Assembly: GCA_038247415.1 (NCBI GenBank)
Contig: JBBRUX010000013.1
Coordinates: 13,020 to 77,019, forward strand
Length of the DNA: 64,000 nucleotides
Source of the DNA: Chitinivibrionales bacterium
Lineage (GTDB): Bacteria > Fibrobacterota > Chitinivibrionia > Chitinivibrionales > WJKA01
Direction: 5' to 3'
In this document: positions 9,310-18,908 of the stretch, piece after piece
Position numbering within the stretch: position 1 is the first letter of the stretch
How the letters are laid out: each line of letters opens with the position of its first letter
Program-made: the position numbers and the translations under genes
The notes under the pieces: generated by a model
Database searches by the model: none
Told to the model about the DNA's origin: nothing
The model's input: the letters and a program-made list of their open reading frames with translations, nothing else

Positions 9310-10992
9310 TTACACAAGAAGATCGGCCAGCGTTTGACTTAACTCAGATAAATTAAAAGGCTTTTGAATAAATCCAGCTATACCTCGCGAAATTATCTTT
9401 TGCGTATCGGATGCAAGATTATACCCTGTTGCCATGCATATAACCACATTCGGATTAATTTTTTTAAGAGCAGTAACGCACTCGTAGCCACTCATCTGTG
9501 GCATATTCATATCGATGATAACCAGATTGATTTCATGACAATGTTCGGAATACCATGAAACAGCCTTCGATGGATTTCCTTCTATATGCGGAGTATACCC
9601 GAGCTCTTTGAGCATTGCATTGACAACTTTCAAAATCAGATCGTCGTCATCAACAACCAAAATATTTCCAGTGCCTCTCACAATAGCACCGCCTAAATAG
9701 GCCAAACCTTGCTTTTGTGGCTCTACAAGCGGCAACAAAAGCGAAAATGTAGTACCTTTAGAAACCTGACTATCGACCTCAATAAGACCATTATGGCTTT
9801 TTATTGTTCCGTAAACGCTTGCCAGCCCTAAACCCGTACCTTTTCCTGGTGGCTTTGTAGTAAAAAAGGGCTCAAATGCTCGGGCGAGCGTGGCACTATC
9901 CATACCGCAGCCAGTATCGCTTACCCCAATGCGAACATAGCGGGTTACCTTAGCCGACCCAGAAGCAGAATCTGATCCTACTAGTTCAGAGCTAAAAGTA
10001 AGGGTTCCACCTTGCGCCATTGCATCTCTCGCATTAACTGCAAGATTAAGCATTACATTTTGCAATTGGCCAAAATCTCCTAAAACTTTTATCTCTGTTT
10101 CATACAGTCGCTCAACAATTTTAATACGACGATCTATCGTGTGTGTCAATAATTTTACAACACTGCTTATAATCTGGTTTATATCAACGGGTGCAAAGGC
10201 AACGGGGGTTTTTCTAGCAAAAGCCAGAAGTTGACCCGTGAGATCTTCTGCACGTTTGGCAGTATCTATAATCATGGCTAAGTTATCGCGCAAGCGGGGA
10301 TCTGCAGCGCCATATTTACGCTCCAGCAATTGTGCAATTCCTAAAATTCCGCCAAGCATATTATTAAAATCGTGCGCAACACCTCCAGCTAATTGACCAA
10401 ATGCTTCCATTTTTTGAGCTTGGTGAAGCTGCTCATTTGATGCTTTGAGATCTTCTTCCGATTTTTTTTGAGCCGTAATATCGTGGGAAATTCCCCACGT
10501 GCCAACAATTGTCCCAGTATTGTCGATAAGAGGCATTTTACTTGTTTGCGCCCAGGTGATGTGCCCATCGGGATATGTTTCTTTTTCTTGTAAATCGAGG
10601 ATCGGCTTTCCAGTTTGAATAATCCTCTTTTCATCTGCAAGAGCCGCTTGCGCATGTTCGTGTGCAAAAAAATCGGAATCGGCTTTGCCAATAACTTTAT
10701 TCGCGTCGGTTGTACCAGCGATAAGCATTGCCAATCTACTGCTCACTAATGTAAATCGTGATTGTAAATCTTTAAAATAGATTGAATCGGGTGACTGCTC
10801 AAGAATAGATTCGAGATAAAAGGCAGCCAATGGCAAAGATTCTGGGTTTATTTTAGATAGCCTGGAACTACTAAATTCGTCTGATTTCCCGGTTTGTTCT
10901 GCCAGAATAGGCGCATCTAGTTTATTAGAAATAGGTGGTATTTCATCATCAAGCAAATTATTTTTTTTCCGAAAACTGTCAAATAATCCCAT
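9310..10992 (-). CDS. Cytoplasmic PAS-domain hybrid histidine kinase/receiver
   Basis: PAS/PAC (SPDSIYFKDLQSRF...GISHDIT), H-box GGVAHDFNN, NLAVNARDAM, DTGCGM, FEPFFTTK..GKGTGLGL, receiver VVDDD...IIDMNMP...QKP. Confidence 0.93.
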   Translation of the reverse strand: MGLFDSFRKKNNLLDDEIPPISNKLDAPILAEQTGKSDEFSSSRLSKINPESLPLAAFYLESILEQSPDSIYFKDLQSRFTLVSSRLAMLIAGTTDANKVIGKADSDFFAHEHAQAALADEKRIIQTGKPILDLQEKETYPDGHITWAQTSKMPLIDNTGTIVGTWGISHDITAQKKSEEDLKASNEQLHQAQKMEAFGQLAGGVAHDFNNMLGGILGIAQLLERKYGAADPRLRDNLAMIIDTAKRAEDLTGQLLAFARKTPVAFAPVDINQIISSVVKLLTHTIDRRIKIVERLYETEIKVLGDFGQLQNVMLNLAVNARDAMAQGGTLTFSSELVGSDSASGSAKVTRYVRIGVSDTGCGMDSATLARAFEPFFTTKPPGKGTGLGLASVYGTIKSHNGLIEVDSQVSKGTTFSLLLPLVEPQKQGLAYLGGAIVRGTGNILVVDDDDLILKVVNAMLKELGYTPHIEGNPSKAVSWYSEHCHEINLVIIDMNMPQMSGYECVTALKKINPNVVICMATGYNLASDTQKIISRGIAGFIQKPFNLSELSQTLADLLV

Positions 10993-11024
10993 GATACTTC
11001 CAATTTGAAAAAGTGCTCTGTGTC

Positions 11025-14000
11025 TTATCGTATTGTTATAAAACTACTGTCTATTTTCTGAGAATAATAGCACAAACGTATCCAATCTTGGCTCATTGCT
11101 TTTCGCATTACAATGGCTTCATCCATTACCCCAGAAAAATAGAGGGGGTTCCCTGGGTCGGCATTGCTACCAAGCGAAAATTTTTCATTAGCATTTGTAA
11201 AAGACAACGTCCCAAGAGGAACAAAATCTCCTAATTGCGTTGTACCCCCGGATATTTTAACTACATTTCCATCGAGAAAACATGTAAGGCTGCGCGTTGT
11301 TTGATTGACAACCCACGTAACAACATGCCAGTTCGTGTCGGGTGAATACCAATTAGAGGCATATTCATTCCAGAGCCTCGATGCCCCTAGGTTTAAACTG
11401 TACCTGAGTTTCCCGAAAACTACCTGTATAAAGGTTTTATACCCAGATTGCGTCTCATAGTCGCATTTGCTTACTAGAGAACCCTCTTGAGCAGGATTGG
11501 AGCTCAATTTATACCATGTAGAAAAAGTATAATTTCCATTTTTAAAATTTAAGCTCCCATTTGAGGGTATTCCCATAGTAATATCCTGTGAGCTTCCATT
11601 AAACGACCGCGCAGTACCAATGGCGCCAACCACGGCAGGAGGGCCATTGAGCGTTCCATTGTTTTTGTAAATGGTTGCATCTGTTGCATTTGCCCCAAGA
11701 TGCCATACACCCGCAAACCCTGTGGCGGTATCGAATACAAGAGCCCCATCGGCACGATTTCCACTCCGGTCTTCTCTCCACTCTGCAGTAATATATTGTG
11801 TATCGCAATTGGCAAGAATCGTATCTACAAGGACCCAACAAATCCCACTATGTGACACAGTATCCCATTTCTCTACTTCGTAAGGCAGTTCGGTTCCATT
11901 CTTCTTTGTAAATACTAAACCTCCTCGCGCAAGCGATGCATTTGCAAGAATAGTAGTATCGACTCGAACTAAAAGCGGAAATTTATAAAGAGCAGAGGTA
12001 ACATTTGCCCCAGTGGGCGTAGTATTGAAAAAGAGCTTTTTTGCCACGGGTGTAGTAGCTTGTTCAGTTACATAAATACGCATAGAATCTTTATTGCCTG
12101 CAGCATCCTCTACCCGAAAAATAATTGCAGTTGCCTGCCTTGAATACTTTGTTCTGTCAAGTACGGCATAAAAGGTTTTCTGGGTGCCTATTTCTTTTTG
12201 AGTGAGTACCCCATTACTAAACATACTTATGATAAATTGTTCACCAGTTACAGAATCGGGATCTGTAATTGTGGCAATAATAGTATCAAACGCTGTTTGA
12301 GCCGACAAAAGGAGGGTATCACCAGTGAGTCTTTGGCTTGTGGATTGCAAAGATAATGTAGGTGGCCGGTTAAACTCTGGCAAACAAGTAACAGTATAAG
12401 GAACAAGCACTTGTTCGTATCCGTCAAAAAGAGTTAGAGTAAACGATTGCCTGCCAGTATCGGTTACTGCTGGCATAAACCAAAAAATAGAATCGTCGTT
12501 TATCCCCCATGTGCCTTTACAGGTAAGCGACACAGTGCTGACAACCACTACATCAAAATCGGGATCTGCAATCCTAAACGTGTCGGAAAACATGCTCGAA
12601 ACTTTAGTTGTTGGCGATTCCAAAAGATTGTAAATCTGAGGCTTAGCATTTTTATAAATAGTATAAAACTGCTGAGCACTTTTTCCAACTTTATCGGTGA
12701 CAATAATCGACAAAGGATTACCCAGACTCTTATGCTTGAGCGGCATAGTGTATTTCCATACATATTTTTGAGTATCCGGAAAGGCAGTCACACCATTTAT
12801 AGAAACTTTTTCTACACCGCTGCCTTCGTCAAACGCCAATACTTTAATACGTGCGCTGTCAGAATCTTCGTAGGTTAGAATGTTTGCTGGGTGGGAATTT
12901 ATGGTAACGTCTATAATAGCTGGCGAAATGGTGTCTGCAAAGCCAGGCGAATACAGTATAGTGCGCTGTAAAGACACCTGTGCTTTAGAGATTGAATCGG
13001 TTGCAATTACTAAAATATTATTATTCCCTTGCCGCATAGTAACAAAAACACTAAAAAGCGCACTCCCTACCCCTCGGGCCACAAAAGGCAATCCCATACT
13101 ATCGTTAACAATTACAACCATATTCATAGAGAGATTTTGGTGAGCAAAATCACGAACTACCCCAAAGAGTGTTGTTGAAAAAGCAGAACTGTTTGATGTA
13201 TCGGTTGAAGGCGAAATAATGCTTAAGCTATAAGGAACAGCATTAGCGGCAAGGCTATCATACCGTACACATAAGATTAAGGTATCAGCATTAAGGAATC
13301 TGTCAACCGCAGCAATCTGTAGCCGAAAAGGAGAAATCTTCGTTTGAGCAATAATATTGGTACATATATACGTATAAACATCAGGACTAACTGGGTTCGC
13401 TTGAATTCCGTTAAAAGAAACGTATGCCACGGAATTAGAATTTGCATCGGTGATGCGGAAAGCAATAGGCACAGTATCACTTGATGTCCCAATAGTATCA
13501 CCATGTGCGTATTCGATAGGGGGACTAATACGCTCGATATGGGGCGGGGTTTCATCACGAGCACTGCACACAAAAGGTAGTTTTGGAGAAATGAATTTTT
13601 CACGAGAATCTGAAACCCATACATAGCCAAGAGTATCTGTAGTACTTGCAGAATAGAGCGCCTCCTGCAAAGCGAAAGAGGAGACAATGAGCATATGAGA
13701 TCCTATTTGCCAATGATAAAGAACATCCTTATCTTTAACGGAATCGGATGAAAATGTTACCTTTGTTCCATTTTCAACATCTATTGGACTCTGGTACAAA
13801 GGAGAAATTGCTTTAATCCAAATTACATCTGATAGTATTTCCCCATTTTTTCGGTAGGTAGAAAGTGCTATTTTTGATAAGCCTGTGTCTACGAGCGAAA
13901 AATTTATTTTAAAAGTAGGAGATGACAATCGCACAAGAGAGTCCATTGCAAACGAAAAATGGGTTCCCAGCCGGCTATTAGGAATAGCTACAACACACGA

Positions 14001-14216
14001 ATCTACAAGCTGGGGCAATGCCACAACACAACTGAGCGTTTCTCGAGAAAAAATTTCTACGCTACCTTTGGCCCCCATTTCAAATGTTTGAGCAACCACA
14101 TGAATTCTTGCGCGGGAATAATCTGAAAAAGGAGAATACGGCGATTGACATCGTATAAGTACGCCTGCAAGCATCACCAGAACAATGTATCCGCCACTAA
14201 TCAAAAGTTTTTTCAT
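11025..14216 (-). CDS. Giant lipoprotein: Ig/cadherin-like repeats + DUF2341 + LamG (ConA-like) domain
   Basis: Likely start at ATG 14216 (MKKLLISGG...VLIRC signal). FPLLVRVD...LPYEVEKWD...WVLVDTI (DUF2341-like), VFDTATGFAGVWHL, FTSTWY/FLDG/FSGVMDE-type LamG motifs. Confidence 0.72.
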   Translation of the reverse strand: MKKLLISGGYIVLVMLAGVLIRCQSPYSPFSDYSRARIHVVAQTFEMGAKGSVEIFSRETLSCVVALPQLVDSCVVAIPNSRLGTHFSFAMDSLVRLSSPTFKINFSLVDTGLSKIALSTYRKNGEILSDVIWIKAISPLYQSPIDVENGTKVTFSSDSVKDKDVLYHWQIGSHMLIVSSFALQEALYSASTTDTLGYVWVSDSREKFISPKLPFVCSARDETPPHIERISPPIEYAHGDTIGTSSDTVPIAFRITDANSNSVAYVSFNGIQANPVSPDVYTYICTNIIAQTKISPFRLQIAAVDRFLNADTLILCVRYDSLAANAVPYSLSIISPSTDTSNSSAFSTTLFGVVRDFAHQNLSMNMVVIVNDSMGLPFVARGVGSALFSVFVTMRQGNNNILVIATDSISKAQVSLQRTILYSPGFADTISPAIIDVTINSHPANILTYEDSDSARIKVLAFDEGSGVEKVSINGVTAFPDTQKYVWKYTMPLKHKSLGNPLSIIVTDKVGKSAQQFYTIYKNAKPQIYNLLESPTTKVSSMFSDTFRIADPDFDVVVVSTVSLTCKGTWGINDDSIFWFMPAVTDTGRQSFTLTLFDGYEQVLVPYTVTCLPEFNRPPTLSLQSTSQRLTGDTLLLSAQTAFDTIIATITDPDSVTGEQFIISMFSNGVLTQKEIGTQKTFYAVLDRTKYSRQATAIIFRVEDAAGNKDSMRIYVTEQATTPVAKKLFFNTTPTGANVTSALYKFPLLVRVDTTILANASLARGGLVFTKKNGTELPYEVEKWDTVSHSGICWVLVDTILANCDTQYITAEWREDRSGNRADGALVFDTATGFAGVWHLGANATDATIYKNNGTLNGPPAVVGAIGTARSFNGSSQDITMGIPSNGSLNFKNGNYTFSTWYKLSSNPAQEGSLVSKCDYETQSGYKTFIQVVFGKLRYSLNLGASRLWNEYASNWYSPDTNWHVVTWVVNQTTRSLTCFLDGNVVKISGGTTQLGDFVPLGTLSFTNANEKFSLGSNADPGNPLYFSGVMDEAIVMRKAMSQDWIRLCYYSQKIDSSFITIR

Positions 14217-14250
14217 TTTTTTACCATAGTACGCATTGCGTTTTCTTTGG

Positions 14251-17200
14251 CTATTTAAAAGTAGCATACAGAGACCAAGATCCCGTTGACGATTGATCCA
14301 TATTCGGTGCTATTTGAGGAAATGACCCATACTTCATTGTGCACCATCTCCTAATGCCCGAAGCACCGCTAGAAGCACCAAAACTAAGCCTTCCATCACT
14401 CTGCTGCATATAGAGCCAATATCTCCCTGCTGCGAGAACTTGAGGGTTAGTTACCAGAAGAGCGTTCCAGCCTGTACTTGGAGAATTTTCTCTTGTTTCT
14501 GCTGCCAAGGTTCCAGGTACCCCATTGGGGCCATCAGCAGCATACAAGGCTAACCTCATTTTTCCTAATGCCGCAGTAATATAGACCGATAAAGACACTG
14601 GGGAGGCAGCAACAGGAAGAAACATTTGTTGACCAAATAGCAATCCATTATTTCCGCCATCGGTTTGTGGGTAATGAGTAAGCGTATCTCCAATTTTAAA
14701 AGAAACTCCTGTACTAATCACTGGTTTTGTAAACATTCCAAATCGCGGGGTTTCGGATTGATTCGCATACGTTAATGCTATCCAATCGGCATTGCGTTGG
14801 TTAAGACTTATTGTAAATTCGTCGATCGTTCCCTTAAAATAGCGCTCATTTGTTCCCGGACGACCTAACCGCAATGCAGTGTTCCAATTTGATCTCCCTG
14901 CTTGTGCTCCTTTTGAGACACCCTGCAACACTCCATCGAGGTAGAAAGAAGCTTCTGGTTGTGTTGATGCATTACGCATTACAACACTTCCCAGATGCCA
15001 CTGATTTACTCCATATAAGGGAACCTCGACAACGGCATTTGTTGGACCGTGGGATTCTGGATTATACCCATAATTAAAAATATACGAAGCAACATCATTA
15101 TACGTGACAGCGCCAATTTGAGATATTGACATATGCATTTCATGCGATTCAGGCATGTCCTGATCTCCCCAGCCGTTGCAAGAAGCATTTCCTTCCCAAA
15201 AGATATGTGAAGCTTTGGTACTATTTTCTACTTTGAACCATGCAGATACCGTAAACTCGTTTGCAAATTTTAATGATGAGTCTGGTGTTTGAATATAAGT
15301 ATCGACTCCATTAAAATAACGACCTTTGCCTATAATGCCATTTGTATCCTTGGTACCGAAGTTTTGAGCGTTCAAATGATTGAGAGACACATCTGAAAGG
15401 GTACCATCTTCAGAACTTAAATGCCACACGCCTCTATGCCCCGAAGCATCAAATACTTTTTGACTAGAGGCCACAATGGGAACAGGCCATTGCATTGTAA
15501 TTGATTGATCTGGATCATAAGAGACAACCGTATCCAGCAGCACCCAAACTTCTGCCCTGCGCGATAGGACATTCCATCGTTCGATCTCGAAGGGGAGAAC
15601 TTTACCATTCTTATTGGTAAACTTAATAGCCCCTTGTGCTATTTTAGAAAAATCTAAAACAGATTCATCCAAACGCACCAAGAGCGGAAAAGACACCACA
15701 GGAGCATTAAGTGTCACACCAATTGGACCGGTTGGACAATAAATGGCAAGTGCATTAAGCGTAGACGCCGAAGGGTAATTAATTAAAAGCGATACCGTAT
15801 CGGAATTGTTAAAGCGATCTGTTACAACAATGCGAATAGAGCCCTGGGCACTCGAATCGGTACTCATCGCCAAAGCCTTAAACATTTGATCAGACTCTGA
15901 TGACTCAAATGTAAATCCATTATTTTGCGTTATTGCAACCTTATAGGGTCCGGCTAAAGGATCGTGACCATTAAGAATAGTGCACTCTAGCGTATTAGGA
16001 CCGCGCGATGGAACAGCCCAAACACCACTCGCAATAGATCCTGACAAAGATGACACTTGTAAGGTGCATGCCTGCGCCGTTTGCGTTAAAACTTGAAATG
16101 ATGTAATATATTCTGGACCAGAACCAAAGCCATCAGAATATTCTAGATCTAATATATACTCTTTTCCTGCCTGCGCAGCTGTGGGCATCCATCGTAGCAC
16201 TCCTTTATCAAGAGTCATTCCATCGGGAATTATTTTTTTATATATAAACATTTGATCATTCTCTGCATCGGCTACCAAAATCGAATCGACATACAATATA
16301 CCTGCACGAACAAGCGACGTCTGCGACAACCCTTTGTAAATAACCGGCGGAGTGTTTTGGTATACCTGCCAAGTTCGGGTTGCAACTTTTCCAGCATGAT
16401 CTCTTGCTCGCACGGTAATAGCAGTTCCAGAAATCGAATGAATAAGAGGAACTGTATCAATCCAAACATAGGGGATCGAATCAAGCGCTCTAACCTGCTT
16501 ATTATTTATAAATAGAGAATCTATCCCACTTTGTTCATCAAAGGCAATGATGCGCACCGGAAGAGCAAATTCCTTTACTATCAATCCATTTAAATTCTGA
16601 TTATTGCTTGTTGCTTCTAAAATTTGTGGGGGTATTGTATCAGCACTTATTATATCGCCATTCCATTGAATTAAGGTGCTCTTTGCGGCAATCTCAATTC
16701 CCATATTTGTAAGAGCACTAAGCCTTAACGACGCAACTTTTGTTGAAAGCTTAACCGACCACCAATACGTTGCAACACATCCACCCACGGTGGGAGCAAA
16801 TGCATTATACAGAGAATCGTTCACCGTAAGTCGCACATTTACTTCAGACGTATCACATGTTAGCCTGCTCAGTCGTGCAATGACGATCTGGTCGGTATTG
16901 CTTGTTATCAGAGGACTCTGCGAGGGCGATACAAATTCGAGTTGATATTTTTGCGAGGAGGGAACAGATTGAGAATAGACAAGATAATACGTTGAAAGTG
17001 CCATATTACCATAGCGATCTACTGCAGAAATCGTTACTTTAAGCGGCTGCGCAGATGTAAATCCTGTTACCGAAGAAAATATGCGAGTATATATTGAATC
17101 GTTGCTAACATTGTCAAACTTGCTATTATTGATGGCAGCACTTGACACCGCTCCAACACCCCTATCGACAATTACTGCCTGCAATGAAAATATGGAATCT

Positions 17201-17928
17201 CCCATAGTTATGGTATCTCCATGCACAAGAAGCAATGACGACCCATACAGATTTATAAACGGTGCATCATGATCAACCAAAGAAAACGCAAAAGGCACCG
17301 ATGGACTCTCATGCTCTCCGCGTAAATCGGTAACCGATAAGGCTCCAACTCCAACCGTATCCATAATTCCTTTGATCATTCCATCAAACCGAGGGAATAC
17401 GGTACGAATATTCGCGCTATTGGCACCAAAGCGCCAAACATAATACACATCATTATCGTCCACAGAGTCTGTTGCAAAATGTGCAACGCTTCCCTGTTGT
17501 CCTATTAATGGCGAAGGGCGAAGAGGCGATAAAAATGTAACGGGAATTTTTTCGATAGGCTTATCCCCATTATGCCGAAAACTAATTATACTCATTGCAG
17601 TATCTTGCGGAGTAAATACCGATATGCGTTGATAATAGACAGAGTCGGCAAAGGGAGCCCTCAGAATCATGGTATCCCCAAAACGATTATGCGGTACCAC
17701 TATATACACAGAGTCAAGAAGAGCAGAAACAGAAATAACCAGCTGAATGGTATAGGTTGAATAAATGCGGAGATTATTGGCAGCAACTCCACTGCCAAAT
17801 ACCGGTGTAACCACATGCGCTTTGGCATTACCCATATCAGAAAATGGATTATATTCTCGTGCACAATGCATGGCAATGCATATACCAATAAGCAGGACAA
17901 CTATACCAATGATACTTTTGAGTCGCAT
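14251..17928 (-). CDS. Giant lipoprotein paralog: Ig/cadherin-like repeats + DUF2341 + LamG + extra C-terminal beta domain
   Basis: Signal ending IAMH-C. Collinear motifs shared with 11025-14216. FPLLVRLD...LPFEIERWN...WVLLDT, VFDASGHRGVWHL, FTVSAWF, YFKGTIDE. Confidence 0.72.
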   Translation of the reverse strand: MRLKSIIGIVVLLIGICIAMHCAREYNPFSDMGNAKAHVVTPVFGSGVAANNLRIYSTYTIQLVISVSALLDSVYIVVPHNRFGDTMILRAPFADSVYYQRISVFTPQDTAMSIISFRHNGDKPIEKIPVTFLSPLRPSPLIGQQGSVAHFATDSVDDNDVYYVWRFGANSANIRTVFPRFDGMIKGIMDTVGVGALSVTDLRGEHESPSVPFAFSLVDHDAPFINLYGSSLLLVHGDTITMGDSIFSLQAVIVDRGVGAVSSAAINNSKFDNVSNDSIYTRIFSSVTGFTSAQPLKVTISAVDRYGNMALSTYYLVYSQSVPSSQKYQLEFVSPSQSPLITSNTDQIVIARLSRLTCDTSEVNVRLTVNDSLYNAFAPTVGGCVATYWWSVKLSTKVASLRLSALTNMGIEIAAKSTLIQWNGDIISADTIPPQILEATSNNQNLNGLIVKEFALPVRIIAFDEQSGIDSLFINNKQVRALDSIPYVWIDTVPLIHSISGTAITVRARDHAGKVATRTWQVYQNTPPVIYKGLSQTSLVRAGILYVDSILVADAENDQMFIYKKIIPDGMTLDKGVLRWMPTAAQAGKEYILDLEYSDGFGSGPEYITSFQVLTQTAQACTLQVSSLSGSIASGVWAVPSRGPNTLECTILNGHDPLAGPYKVAITQNNGFTFESSESDQMFKALAMSTDSSAQGSIRIVVTDRFNNSDTVSLLINYPSASTLNALAIYCPTGPIGVTLNAPVVSFPLLVRLDESVLDFSKIAQGAIKFTNKNGKVLPFEIERWNVLSRRAEVWVLLDTVVSYDPDQSITMQWPVPIVASSQKVFDASGHRGVWHLSSEDGTLSDVSLNHLNAQNFGTKDTNGIIGKGRYFNGVDTYIQTPDSSLKFANEFTVSAWFKVENSTKASHIFWEGNASCNGWGDQDMPESHEMHMSISQIGAVTYNDVASYIFNYGYNPESHGPTNAVVEVPLYGVNQWHLGSVVMRNASTQPEASFYLDGVLQGVSKGAQAGRSNWNTALRLGRPGTNERYFKGTIDEFTISLNQRNADWIALTYANQSETPRFGMFTKPVISTGVSFKIGDTLTHYPQTDGGNNGLLFGQQMFLPVAASPVSLSVYITAALGKMRLALYAADGPNGVPGTLAAETRENSPSTGWNALLVTNPQVLAAGRYWLYMQQSDGRLSFGASSGASGIRRWCTMKYGSFPQIAPNMDQSSTGSWSLYATFK

Positions 17929-17939
17929 GCTTCAATCCC

Positions 17940-18908
17940 TTAAAATGTAAACGATGCAACAAGGCCTGATGCGCCAATAAGCGCCCCAGCTATTGATCCA
18001 ACAAATGCTGCAACATCAACATTTTTGGATGAAAGCGCATTTTCAAAATCTTTTTGCGAATGGGTCACTAAATTGCTCGATGGCCCCGTAACCTCGGTAT
18101 TCTGCAATTCCTTAATTCGACGCATATCATTGCCAAGAAAAACATTTGCTGCAACTGTCAAGCTTACCGATCCCACTAAAACACCAAGCCCACCATAGCG
18201 AAAAACTGCCCGCTTCTTTGCTTGAGGATCTGCCAAAAGATGAATTGGAACGCCTTCACTGCGCGCATCATCAACCGTTACAGCATAAGAAAAAGGCAGT
18301 GCAGTAACCCCTTGCTTGATACCATCGATGGTGCAATCGGCTCGTCCATTTTGAGCAAAGGTAACTCCATCAAGGCGAATATATCGCGTAAGTGAATTTA
18401 TTCCAAAAACCGAATAGCGTATTGTACAGTTTGCAAATGATGTTGCAACGCCATTTTCGTGTATGTAAATGCCATTCCAATCGTAGGGATTGGCTATCAT
18501 CTGGGCGCCACTGCTATAGTACTTATCAAACTCCGAAGAAAACACTATCGGTTTTTGGAGCGACCCTTCAACAATCAGGGTGCCCTCGACATGGAGCCCG
18601 GTAAAATTCTTAAAAAGGATTACCGCCCCAGGGGCAATGGTCACTTTTGATCCTGCTGGAACATAGACATCTGCGGTGACAAGGTAGGGTCGAGAAAGTG
18701 CGGGGAGTACGCTTGGTAAATTACCACTGATTGTCTCGAAATTGCTACTTTCCGAGATTGAATTGCCATTGGATTTATCGAGAATTATTTGTGCTTGCGT
18801 TAATGTCAACAATGATGCGGCAACAATCGCCGAGAATGTCTTAAACGCTAACGTTCTAACGATTCTCTTTCGCATCTTGGATAACACCTTTAAATTAGCG
18901 ACTTGCAT
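17940..18908 (-). CDS. Exported beta-helix domain protein with Gly-rich hydrophobic C-terminus
   Basis: Signal peptide, RPYLVTADVYVPAGSKVTIAPG...LIVEGSLQKPIVFSS...PYDWNGIYI, two hydrophobic segments, ends SFTF. Confidence 0.6.
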   Translation of the reverse strand: MQVANLKVLSKMRKRIVRTLAFKTFSAIVAASLLTLTQAQIILDKSNGNSISESSNFETISGNLPSVLPALSRPYLVTADVYVPAGSKVTIAPGAVILFKNFTGLHVEGTLIVEGSLQKPIVFSSEFDKYYSSGAQMIANPYDWNGIYIHENGVATSFANCTIRYSVFGINSLTRYIRLDGVTFAQNGRADCTIDGIKQGVTALPFSYAVTVDDARSEGVPIHLLADPQAKKRAVFRYGGLGVLVGSVSLTVAANVFLGNDMRRIKELQNTEVTGPSSNLVTHSQKDFENALSSKNVDVAAFVGSIAGALIGASGLVASFTF

